Shown: positions 47,555 through 57,300 of the stretch, one piece after another
How positions within the stretch are numbered: the first letter of the stretch is position 1
How the letters are laid out: every line of letters starts with the position of its first letter
From: Candidatus Cloacimonadales bacterium
GTDB lineage: Bacteria; Cloacimonadota; Cloacimonadia; Cloacimonadales; JAIOQZ01
Length of the DNA: 64,000 nucleotides
NCBI GenBank assembly: GCA_963662655.2
Contig: CAXXTU010000002.1
Span: forward strand, 3,264,001 to 3,328,000
Direction of reading: 5' to 3'
Translations under genes and position numbers: made by a program
The notes under the pieces: model-generated
Seen by the model: only the letters and a program-made list of their open reading frames with translations
What the model was told of the DNA's origin: nothing
Database searches by the model: none

Positions 47555-48741
47555 GAGTGCGCAAGATCGGCGGGTTCAACGTCGGGTACAGTGACACCGA
47601 CGAGCTGCTCCAGAAGCGGTACGGCGGCGTTGAACTGGACTTAAACAATTGTAAGTGGACTGGCCCTCGACGACTCACGAAAGCGCAGGAGCAGCGGAAG
47701 ATCGTCTCGTCGCCATACTCGATGAGTAACCTGCTGCGGCTGCTGGAGAAGGACGAGTACCACGCCGGTTGCGTTGCCGCGAAGATGAACGCTACCGTGA
47801 TGCAGGTCGAGGTGAAGAACTCGAACCTCAAGAAATGGCTCCTCGAAGCCCAGTATCCGGGCAGCGAGGACGTGCCGTCCGTGCTGGCGGAGTTCCTCAA
47901 GTACTACCTTTCCTGCGGCAACGGCTTCCTGCTCAAGATGCGCAACACGAAAGGCCAGTGGGTCGGCCTCGAACGGCTTCTGCCCACCGAGACCCAGATC
48001 GTCGAAAACTACGACGAGTTTGGGTTCTTCCGTCCGGACTTCATTCAGGTGCGCAACGGCAAGAAGAAGTTCTTCCCCGGTGCGGACGTAATCCACTTCA
48101 AACAGACGACGCACAAGTCCAACGCGTGGGGTGTAGCGTGCCTGCCGGTCGCGGTCAACATCGAGATTCTCTCCGAAGTCAAAGTCTTCGACTACAACAA
48201 CTTCAAGAACGGGTTGCTGGTCGATTACTTCATGATCGTCGAGGGCGGTTCGCTGCGTGACGACGTGGTCGAGGACGCAGACGGCAACGAGGTGCTCAAG
48301 GACGCCTTCACCGTGATCGAGGAGACGCTGCAGACCGCGAAAGGCAACAACAAGTCGCACACGACCGTCCTCATCGAGACCGAGAACAAGGACGCTCGTA
48401 TCCGACTCGAACCGCTCCGCCAGCAAGATCGCGACGGCGGCTTTATCACCCTCAAGAAAGACCTGCGCGAGGGCATTTTCGCATACCACAGAGTCCCCGC
48501 GAGGATCGTTTCGCAGCTCATCCCGGGGCAGCTCGGGGGCGACAACCGCTCCGACATGCTGATGTTCCACCATTTCGTGATCAAGCCGCTCCAGCACCGG
48601 CTCGGGCAAGTGTTGAGCAGCGCGTTCAACGCCGAGTTTGACTGGAAGCTCACCCCCGCCGACTTCGACTTCGGCGACCTGACTTCGATCTTCGAGAGCG
48701 AGGACGAGAAACTATTCAATTCCAATAGATTAGGAGGCTGA
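47551..48741 (+). CDS. Phage portal protein
   Basis: 'CGNGFL...R...G....L..L', 'DVIHFK', 'N.FKNG' and 'I..YHRVP..I' motifs; precedes the protease-capsid gene. Confidence 0.85.
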   Translation: MRVRKIGGFNVGYSDTDELLQKRYGGVELDLNNCKWTGPRRLTKAQEQRKIVSSPYSMSNLLRLLEKDEYHAGCVAAKMNATVMQVEVKNSNLKKWLLEAQYPGSEDVPSVLAEFLKYYLSCGNGFLLKMRNTKGQWVGLERLLPTETQIVENYDEFGFFRPDFIQVRNGKKKFFPGADVIHFKQTTHKSNAWGVACLPVAVNIEILSEVKVFDYNNFKNGLLVDYFMIVEGGSLRDDVVEDADGNEVLKDAFTVIEETLQTAKGNNKSHTTVLIETENKDARIRLEPLRQQDRDGGFITLKKDLREGIFAYHRVPARIVSQLIPGQLGGDNRSDMLMFHHFVIKPLQHRLGQVLSSAFNAEFDWKLTPADFDFGDLTSIFESEDEKLFNSNRLGG

Positions 48742-50478
48742 ATGCAAGAACGTAAAACCGTGCGCAAGGGCGAGTTGCGCAACGTCGAGGTGGAGCTCGT
48801 TTCGCTGCTGTTCGACGACATGAACCCCGCCAACCAGAAGGGCTTCGTGGTGAAGTCCGCCACCGGCAAGAGCTACAAGGTGCGCGGCTCGTCCGTGAAG
48901 TTCAAAAGCGAGACCAAGGGGCGTCAGGGGCGACTGTTCGTGACCCTCATGGAGCCGGACGTGAAGGACGCGCAGGGCGATTTCTACACCGCCGAGGAGA
49001 TCCAGAAGGCCTGCGACCACTTCAGCAAGCACGGCATGGTCGGACGCAACGACATCAACCACAACAACCACCCGATCGACGACTTCTCGGTCGCCGAGAA
49101 CTACATCCTGAAGACCGAGGATCGCACGCATTTCCCCGATACGAGAGTGGGAGCTTGGGTGCAGGTCTTGAAGTGCGACGACCTCGATTCCGCGCTGTGG
49201 AAGAAGGTCGAGAAGGGCGACTTCAACGGCGTCTCGATCTACGGCCGCGCGGACGACTACAACAACACCAACGAGACCTTGAAGGCCATCCGCGACGAGA
49301 TTGCGGGGCTGCGCGACCTGCAGAAGTCGCTGAAGGACGCCGACCGTGAAGCGGAACTCGAGTCCGCGATTGACGAGCTTGAGAGCAAGGTTTCGAGGCT
49401 GGAGAGCGGCATCGACGACGGCGGTCTGCGCGAAGCCGTGAAGTCCATCGAGAAGAGCCTCGACAGCCTCTCGACCACGATGAGCCGCGCCATTTCGAAG
49501 AGCATTCAGGGCGAGCCTGACACCGATGGCGGCGACCGCGAGGTGATCGTCAACGGCGAGAAGGTGCTTGTGAAGGCGTCGCACCGCGAGATCTACAAGG
49601 GTATCGCGGACGTCGACTCCGGCAAGGCGATGAGCATCCTGACGCCCAACAACACGAGCCTGTTCATCGACGAGGTGATCGGTTCCAAGCCGGGCGACAC
49701 ACTGACCGACATCTCGGTCATCCCGCTGCTCAAGGACGAGAAAATCGACGTCGGCCTCATCGAAGACCTGATCTTCCACAACTCGCTCGACGGTACGCTC
49801 TCCGCGCAGGACGTAGCCACCGCCGACCTGTCCTGCCCCACCGGCATCCTGATGGCCGAGTTCACGTTGGGCCGCGACGTCGTCGAGTTCTACAAGGACA
49901 AGTACGGTGAGGACGCCTTCGGAGCCTACGTTGAGCAGCACATCGCGCGCAAGACCGAGAAGGCGATGAGGCTACTGCTGTTCCGGGGTGACAGGGCATC
50001 GGCGACGGCTAAGCTGAAAGCTCTCAACGGTCTCGTGAAGCTGGCGACCGATGGAGCCGACATCACGGCCATCAGTCCCACAACCTACGACGAGTGGACC
50101 GACCGCTTCGAGCAGGTTCTACTCGGCTTCACCGACGAGATGCTGGAGGAGCAGGAGAGCTTCCGTATCTACGTGAGCCACAAGGATCTGATTCGCATCC
50201 GCACGGAGCTTGGCCAGCGCGAGACGAACAAGGGCGACAAGCTGCTCCTCGAGGGCGGCAAGGTCAGCTTCAGCGGCATCCCGGTCAAGGCGCGGCTCCT
50301 GCCCGACAACTACATCGTCTGCGGCCTGACCAAGTTCATCATCATCGGCTATCGCACCGACGCCGAACTCAAGGTGGAGCACCACGGCGCGGACTGGAAG
50401 TACCACTGGTACATCCGCATCCGGCCCGGCATCACCTACGTTCCGGGCTTCGTCAAATTCTACCAGCTCACCGACTAA
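48742..50478 (+). CDS. Fused XkdF-like prohead protease / scaffold / major capsid protein
   Basis: 'EPD..DAQGD..TAEEI.KA...F', 'D.NH' and 'G...G.SI.G' protease motifs, then a coiled coil, then an HK97-like capsid region (LLFRGD...NGL). Confidence 0.85.
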   Translation: MQERKTVRKGELRNVEVELVSLLFDDMNPANQKGFVVKSATGKSYKVRGSSVKFKSETKGRQGRLFVTLMEPDVKDAQGDFYTAEEIQKACDHFSKHGMVGRNDINHNNHPIDDFSVAENYILKTEDRTHFPDTRVGAWVQVLKCDDLDSALWKKVEKGDFNGVSIYGRADDYNNTNETLKAIRDEIAGLRDLQKSLKDADREAELESAIDELESKVSRLESGIDDGGLREAVKSIEKSLDSLSTTMSRAISKSIQGEPDTDGGDREVIVNGEKVLVKASHREIYKGIADVDSGKAMSILTPNNTSLFIDEVIGSKPGDTLTDISVIPLLKDEKIDVGLIEDLIFHNSLDGTLSAQDVATADLSCPTGILMAEFTLGRDVVEFYKDKYGEDAFGAYVEQHIARKTEKAMRLLLFRGDRASATAKLKALNGLVKLATDGADITAISPTTYDEWTDRFEQVLLGFTDEMLEEQESFRIYVSHKDLIRIRTELGQRETNKGDKLLLEGGKVSFSGIPVKARLLPDNYIVCGLTKFIIIGYRTDAELKVEHHGADWKYHWYIRIRPGITYVPGFVKFYQLTD

Positions 50479-50486
50479 CCAAAATC

Positions 50487-50580
50487 AATGATGAATGAGG
50501 AATGAGCAATTAGAAATGAAGGCACAGACGCGACCAAACCGCCAGTTGTCATCATTCATAATTCCTAATTCATAATTAAC
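50487..50580. repeat. Inverted heptamer-repeat (AATKAKG-type) fold-back after the capsid gene
   Basis: AATGATG AATGAGG AATGAGC AATTAGA AATGAAG ... CATTCAT AATTCCT AATTCAT AATT. Confidence 0.75.
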
Positions 50581-50598
50581 GACTGAAAGGAGTTACGT

Positions 50599-50799
50599 AT
50601 GTGGAAGTGGATACTCAAACAGGCGATCAAGGCTCTCGCAGAGCCGATTGTGGACGCCGTCATCAGCGCGCTCGAAGCCCTCGCGAAGCGTAGCGAGAAC
50701 ACCATCGACGACGCCTTCGTGGCGAAGTTCCGCGAGTTCAAGGAGGCCATCGTCGGCTTCATCCTCGCGCACTGCGACAACATCGTGAAAAGCGCGTAG
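50599..50799 (+). CDS. Small phage protein
   Basis: RBS AAGGAG; 66 aa, amphipathic, with an 'NTIDD' motif. Confidence 0.7.
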   Translation: MWKWILKQAIKALAEPIVDAVISALEALAKRSENTIDDAFVAKFREFKEAIVGFILAHCDNIVKSA

Positions 50800-50808
50800 G
50801 GAGCGGCC

Positions 50809-51354
50809 ATGCCCGTAGAAAAACCCACCCTACCCACCGGCATGAGCTCCGGTGACCTCGCGAACCTGCTCAACCAGATCGGCGGCGTGGACGTGTACAA
50901 CGTCCACGTCGGGGTCGGCGAGCTGACGGAGAGCGAAATCTCCGCGATGTTCGCCGCACAGGATGCCATGCAGACCGAGCTGGATTCGAACTTCGAGGAA
51001 CTCGGCGAACTGGCCGAGAAGCCGTTCAAGGTCGAATCCAAGACCGAGAAGCTCAAGACCCGGCACTACCAGATCGAGGGCAAGCGCACGAACGTGGTGA
51101 CCGTCACCATCGTGGGCATCAACGAGGACAAGAAGAACTGGCTCGAAGAGCAGAGCGCAGGCATGGCGCAGATCACGCTCGTGGCTGTGTCCAAGGACAA
51201 GACGCAGGCGGTGCTCATCAACGGCTGCCGCTGGACGGTCGACTGGAGCGGTGAAGCTGACGGCCTGTACACGCAGGAAGTCACCACCGAGTTCACCGGC
51301 AAGACGAGCGGTCGTATCGGATTCTACAACAAGATACCGGCCACGGTCGAATAG
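50809..51354 (+). CDS. Putative tail tube protein
   Basis: 181 aa, beta-rich, located between the capsid and chaperone genes. Confidence 0.55.
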   Translation: MPVEKPTLPTGMSSGDLANLLNQIGGVDVYNVHVGVGELTESEISAMFAAQDAMQTELDSNFEELGELAEKPFKVESKTEKLKTRHYQIEGKRTNVVTVTIVGINEDKKNWLEEQSAGMAQITLVAVSKDKTQAVLINGCRWTVDWSGEADGLYTQEVTTEFTGKTSGRIGFYNKIPATVE

Positions 51355-51362
51355 GAGAGAAC

Positions 51363-51563
51363 ATGGACTGCAGATGCGATCCTGAAATTCGCAAGAAGAT
51401 ATCGGACGTGCACAAGGAGGTCTACGGCAACGGCGATTCGAGCCGGTCAATGGTCACCCGTATTGCGCGACTGGAAACCAACATCAAGCTGCTCACCAGC
51501 CTGACCGTCAGCCAGTTCTTTCTGCTCGTCGGCGTCGCCGTGAAGACCTTTCTGGGGGCGTGA
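51363..51563 (+). CDS. Small membrane protein (holin/XhlA-like)
   Basis: 'YGNG....M.TR.ARLE' followed by a C-terminal TM helix. Confidence 0.55.
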   Translation: MDCRCDPEIRKKISDVHKEVYGNGDSSRSMVTRIARLETNIKLLTSLTVSQFFLLVGVAVKTFLGA

Positions 51564-52011
51564 TGGACATCAGTTACGCGACCTTTCGCAAGGTGCTATC
51601 GACGCTTCTGAGGAACGAAAACCTGCGCGACGGACTCACCGACCTGCTCGCCGGTAACGAGCTGGAACTGAGCGAGGTCAGCTTCCTGGACTTGCTCGAA
51701 GCCTCGAACGTCGACATCGACATCCTGCGCATCCTCACCGGACGCGAGCCTGAGGACACTTCTCCCCAGCAGGCGGCGGAGGTGTTCACGGCTTTTTTCT
51801 CGGCTGTCAGAGGCAGTTGGCGCGCGTTTCAGCCCTTGCTCGACGCTTTGGGCTACACGGCGCAAGTGCAAGCGGGGACAGCATAGAACGTATCGAGATG
51901 GCCCTGCGCGGGGCGGGGTTCACACAGGCCGACTTCATCGAGCTGAGCCTGTCCGAACTCTACCTCCGCTACTGCCTCGCCATCGAAACAACAAGGAAAC
52001 ACAATGGATAG
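51560..52011 (+). CDS. Tail assembly chaperone pair (G and -1 frameshifted GT)
   Basis: ORF 51560-51886 has slippery T TTT TTC at 51793-51799; the -1 frame is open to 52011. Confidence 0.7.
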
Positions 52012-52765
52012 TCTCATCACATGGATCGGCGGCAAGAAGCTGCTGCGCAAGAAAATCGCCAGCCTCGTCCCTGACGACATCACCGGCTATGTGGAGCCGT
52101 TCGGCGGCGCGGGTTGGGTGCTCTTCCACCGCGACCGCTGGGCCCGTCTCGAGGTATACAACGACCTCGATTCGCGTCTCACAAACCTCTTTCTGCAGGT
52201 GAAGTTCCATCCCGATGCACTCGTGAAGGAGCTCGAGCTGATGCCAGCCTCCCGAGCATTGTTTGACGAACTGGTCGACCAGCCCGGTCTGACAGAGCTG
52301 CAACGCGCCGCGCGATTCCTCTACATCATCACCCGTTCGTTCGGCGGCAAGGGCGAGCACTTCGGCAGGGCATCCACGTCAGGCCCAAGCAGCATGCAGC
52401 GCAAGCTGGAGCGCGTCCACGACCTCAGCAAGCGGCTCGACAAGGTCACCATCGAACACCTGCCGTACAACGAGCTGATCGCCTTCTACGACCGGTCCGG
52501 TGTCTTCTTCTACTGCGACCCGCCATACGTTCATGGCACTACCTACGCGAATGCCCGGCACTTCGACCACGAGCGGCTTCGGGACGTGCTCAAGGGCGTG
52601 AAAGGCCGCTGGTTGCTCTCTTACGACGACTGCCCCGAGGTGCGTGAGCTGTACGCCGGTCACACCATCATCCCGGTCAGTCGCGTGAAGGGGATCAACC
52701 GCATGCAGGGCGAGAGCATGTTCAAGGAGGTGATTATCGCAAACTATGAGGTGCCAGATGAATAG
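52004..52765 (+). CDS. DNA adenine methylase (Dam/D12 class) 1
   Basis: WIGGK, YVEPFGGAG, YNDLD and YCDPPY motifs. Confidence 0.92.
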   Translation: MDSLITWIGGKKLLRKKIASLVPDDITGYVEPFGGAGWVLFHRDRWARLEVYNDLDSRLTNLFLQVKFHPDALVKELELMPASRALFDELVDQPGLTELQRAARFLYIITRSFGGKGEHFGRASTSGPSSMQRKLERVHDLSKRLDKVTIEHLPYNELIAFYDRSGVFFYCDPPYVHGTTYANARHFDHERLRDVLKGVKGRWLLSYDDCPEVRELYAGHTIIPVSRVKGINRMQGESMFKEVIIANYEVPDE

Positions 52766-53534
52766 CGTTATCGGTTGGGTGGGCGGCAAGAGGTTACTAC
52801 GCAAGGCGATCTTGCCACTCATCCCGAAACACGACACGTACTGCGAGCCCTTTGCCGGCGCGGCGTGGATCCTCTTCGCCAAGTCGCGCGACCACAAGGA
52901 ATGGCAGGCGACAAAGGGCCAGAAGTACCGTGAAATCCTCAACGATATCAACGGCGAGTTGGTAAACTTCTGGCGGCACGTGAAGCACCACCCCGCCGCG
53001 CTGAAGGCGGAGTTGGACAGGCTCGTGGCGTCGCGGGAGCTGTTCCACGAGTTTCTCGACAGCGCGTCCCGCACCGACCTCGAACGCGCGGTGCGCTTCT
53101 ACTACGTGCTCGCCTGTTCTTATGGTAGCCTGAGCAGCACCTTCGCCGTGCGCGGTCACCTGACCATGCTGCCGATTCGGCGCGTGGGCAAGCTCGAAGC
53201 GGCCAGCGAACGCCTGCGCGATGTCATCATCGAGCGGCTCGACTACGAGGCCGTTATCCGCAAGTACGACCGTCCGGCGACGTTCTTCTACATCGATCCG
53301 CCGTACTACGAGCGTGAGATGCTCTACGAGCGCGACAAGGTGGCGGCGTTCGACCAGCACGAGGAGCTGGCGCGGCTGCTTCGCGAGGTGCGGGGCAAGT
53401 GGCTCCTGAGTTACAACGACCACCCCGTCATCCGCGAGCTATACAAGGACTTCACGATTGATGTCGTGAACACCCGTTACTCCGTCTCCGGAACCAACCG
53501 CGAAAGCTCTGAAATCCTCATCCGCAACTACTGA
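52758..53534 (+). CDS. DNA adenine methylase (Dam/D12 class) 2
   Basis: WVGGK, YCEPFAGA, LNDIN and YIDPPY motifs. Confidence 0.92.
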   Translation: MNSVIGWVGGKRLLRKAILPLIPKHDTYCEPFAGAAWILFAKSRDHKEWQATKGQKYREILNDINGELVNFWRHVKHHPAALKAELDRLVASRELFHEFLDSASRTDLERAVRFYYVLACSYGSLSSTFAVRGHLTMLPIRRVGKLEAASERLRDVIIERLDYEAVIRKYDRPATFFYIDPPYYEREMLYERDKVAAFDQHEELARLLREVRGKWLLSYNDHPVIRELYKDFTIDVVNTRYSVSGTNRESSEILIRNY

Positions 53535-54118
53535 CGTGATATGATGAGAGCATCACCAAATTCAAGAGGAAGATCAGCTCCACTTGCTGGATACGGGCTA
53601 TTCAGCAGGTTGGCAATCGAGCTCCCAAGAACCCAAGTCGCTACATTGATTCCGGTTCTTGTTTCATGTAGAAGAAAATCTCTATTACATGTAATTGGAA
53701 CTACATGCGTCCAGACATTTCTGCCATCACATCTCTGGTGCAGAGCGGTACTTAGTATCGTTTCACTGCTTCGAAGAGCATCTTCGGCTTCTTGCATACT
53801 TGCTACAAGGTCAATTCTCTTAACGGCAATAAGATTCCTGTCTCTGTTAATCCACTCATTGATAAAGGCGGCAATCATTAGATGATTAACATCCAAAGGA
53901 GGTACCACACAATAGGAGTTGTGCCAGAACCCCTGCTCAGCACACTCAAAACGATCATAGGAAATCTTGTTGTTTCGTTTGTACTCAATGAAGTCGCTTA
54001 TCGTCTGCTCAGGAGTTTGATCATAAAAATACTCCATAGCAAAGCTAATTGGCAGTATTATACAGGAATCAAGTTTTTGCCTAAGTCCCCTTGGATTGAT
54101 CAATTCTGTCTGGATCAT
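53528..54118 (-). CDS. Cargo: hypothetical protein, possible papain/C39-like cysteine peptidase
   Basis: RBS AGGAGG; 'RQKLDSC...AMEYF' and 'THVVPI' motifs; AT-rich; TTGACA at 54166-54171 (-). Confidence 0.55.
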   Translation of the reverse strand: MIQTELINPRGLRQKLDSCIILPISFAMEYFYDQTPEQTISDFIEYKRNNKISYDRFECAEQGFWHNSYCVVPPLDVNHLMIAAFINEWINRDRNLIAVKRIDLVASMQEAEDALRSSETILSTALHQRCDGRNVWTHVVPITCNRDFLLHETRTGINVATWVLGSSIANLLNSPYPASGADLPLEFGDALIISRQ

Positions 54119-54175
54119 GGATTCCTCCTTTGTGGTTTCAGATACTTTCCTTATATATGTTTCGGTGTCAAGTAA

Positions 54176-54355
54176 ATGGCCACGCTTAAGTTCCGCATCA
54201 TCATCGAGAAAGGCGACGCGAAGGCGGCTGTCACCGACGTCGAAGCGCAGGTCGACGACCTGAAGCAAAAGGCGGAGGAGCCGAAGTCGATGAAACAACA
54301 CCAAGCCCAGTATGACTATCTCCTCGGTTTTCGACAAAATGAGACGCATGTATAA
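54176..54355 (+). pseudogene. N-terminal remnant of a tape-measure-like gene
   Basis: GC-rich MATLKFRIIIEKGDAKAAVTDVEAQVDDLK...; composition switches abruptly to cargo sequence at ~54297. Confidence 0.55.
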
Positions 54356-57300
54356 CATTGAATCTTGAAGTTTTTCTATGATGTTTTTTTCGGAACTCGG
54401 AAATTTTCTCTTCTCGTTTATCTATCTTCCGATTCCGTTCTGAAAGGGATTGGGTAAGTTCATTTTGCTGTCTGCGCAATATAGAACCATTCACAGAAGT
54501 AACAAAATAGTACCCCATTTCATCCGCTGGAGAAGGATCTTGCCAGTAGTTATCTGTCACCTGTTCACGGAAGGTGAATTCGTCTTCCGGGTGTTCAGCA
54601 CTGAATACTTTGTAGCTGGATATGTTTTCAATGGGAACCCAGCTCAAGCTTCCTGGCCCCGATATACTCACAACTGGCGCTGAAACTGAATCGAATGGGA
54701 TCGCGAATGCCGTGAGTTCGCAGTCTGACTGGATATCTTCGATCTTGTAGGCATATCCGCTGTATGTATCGATCCAGAAAAGAGTACCCGCGTATTCCAC
54801 ACCATTCCATGCGTAGCCACTAAGATACATGTATCCGTTTTCTGTGTCGAATGCCAGATCCTGGGCGTAATTGAGATAATACCCCAATTCTCCCACAGGT
54901 ATGGCTTCGCCTGTTGCAGTATCGATTGAAAAGAGCGCGCTGTAGGTCAGATCGACGCCATAAAGGACATCAGACCATGAATCAAATGCAATACCGATCA
55001 TGACAAGGTTTTCATCCTGAAATGAGCCTATCAACGTCAATGCTCCAGTTAATGGATCGACCTGATACAATTCGGTACTTGTTGCCCCATAAAGAATCTC
55101 ATGATTCACATCCCAGGCTATACCGTTGAGATACGTTGATGAAACGCCCAACGAAGTCATCGTCTCGAGGTCTGGGACAATCTCCCAGAGCGTATTGGTT
55201 GAATATTCAGAAGCGAGCCACTTACCATCGACCCAATCACCGCCCGGTAGAAAATTGGTGTTCAATGGGGTAAAAGGGAGAACGCTCAGTGTCTGGGGAT
55301 CCTGCAACGAGAAAGAACAGAGACCGCTTAGAATACCATTCGGATCGTAAGCGATATCCGCGTATGCAGTTACATCGAGCGGCAGGCAGACCGAATAGCT
55401 GTCCAGGAAATCGTTGGCTTCCACCTGGTCGCTATCCATATATACTTCCAGCGTCCAGTCGTAGATGAAGTTCTCTTCCATGGGAATGGCCGAAAACTCG
55501 AGCTCTTGCGTCTGCTGCGGTGGTAGATCCGCGACCATCTGCGAATCCCACAATTCTTCATCAATGTAAAAGTTGACCTCGAATGATTCGGTATGATCAC
55601 CGTTGTTTATAACGGTTGCGCGGGGGATGAGATCGCCTCCTGGAACAGCTTCCTGGATGTCGATCGAGTATGCTTCGACATCGTACTCCATCTGGCAGAA
55701 TTCAACATCATCCACGAACCAGTAATCGAAAGAATAGTGGTTACCGTCCAGCGTCCATGCAATGTAGGTGTATTCGGCGTTGTCCTGAACAGGAATCTGG
55801 ACGATATCAGTGTTGACGTAATCGCCCCATCCCCCTTCCCAATACCAAGAGGTATCGTACCATGTGGCAAGATCGTGACTGTACTGGATTTTCGCTGTGA
55901 CGCCGGTATCGTAGTCCCAATAATCGCTACTGAAGACTACGGCGAAACGATCCATGTCTCCGGTAAAAAGCGCAGGTGAAATCAGACGGGAGATGCCGGT
56001 TCCTTCCATGTATTCAGCCATCATTTCGTTGGCTTCATCACCGGCAAAGTTTGTTTCAGAAATACTCCAGCGATTGGAGGTTATCCCGCCCTGATTAGTT
56101 TGTGTCCAGCCCTCGGGGATCGATGCGGTGTCGAATGATTCGGTAACAGGGAAGCTGCCGTTGCGGCGATCGATGGTGAAGTCGTCGAAAAACATATTAT
56201 TACCTTGCTGATAGTATGACGCAATACAGCGCAGAAAAATATACTGAGTGCCGGCATTCTCCACTTCGAAATCGAAGGCGTACCGATGCCATCCTTCAGT
56301 CTCCTCCTGAGGTTCTCTTTGCGTAGCACGATAAACTCTACCAATGTCGGTAACATACTCATATTCCTGGGTGGTGTTTCGATCAATATAGAGAACATCA
56401 TCTGCATCGGGATACCCGGCATCGCGATACACCCAAACGCTTGCAGTATAAATGTATCCGGGCTGCATCATAATCTGCGGCGTGGTCAGGTATGCATTGT
56501 AATAGTTATTGTAAGAATCCATCCCCACCATGTGGGTGCCTTCATAGGGTGTGACATATGGATTAGCGCCAGTGGCGTATTGTTCGAGATACCTTTCAAA
56601 CCATGTCAAGTATCCCCAATCCCATCCCTCGGGTGGGAAGGGTTGGCCGTTGAAACCGTTCGAATATGGAAACGTGTCGATCACGGGTGCATTTTCTGTT
56701 GTGAAAGACCATATCGGACATGAGTCAGCGTCACCGGCTTCGTTGTACGGAGTGATTTTCCAGTAATAGGCTTGAGCGTAATCCCAGGGTGAATCGGGGG
56801 CATAGGTCGTCACATCTCCAAGGTTCTCCATGTTGCAGATGTTGGTGGGCGGGTTGTCAGTCCCGATTGAAATCCGGTAGCCGTCGATGATCCCGTCTCC
56901 ATGTGTCCAGTCGAGCGATTGATAGACGGAGATGTCGTTCGAGCCGTCGGTTGGCGAATCGATTGTTGCCGGTTGCGGAGGCGTCAATGTAGAGAATGAC
57001 CAGACGGGGCATCCTTCGGCGTTTCCGGCGAGATTGTAAGGGGTGATCTGCCAGTAATAGGTTTGGGAGTAATCTAGTTCATCTGTCAATTGATATGATA
57101 ACTGGTCACCTATATCACACATCAAGAGAATGTTCGTTGGTGGATTATCGGTGCCTAAAGAAAAATTGTACCCATCGATTTCCCCTTCTGCGGCTTCCCA
57201 GCTGAGTTGCTGTGATAAAAGAATGTCAGTAGCGGAATTCTCAGGATATAGGACTGTAGCGCATCCTGGAGGATCGAATCCAGGACCGTAAGTGAATCTC

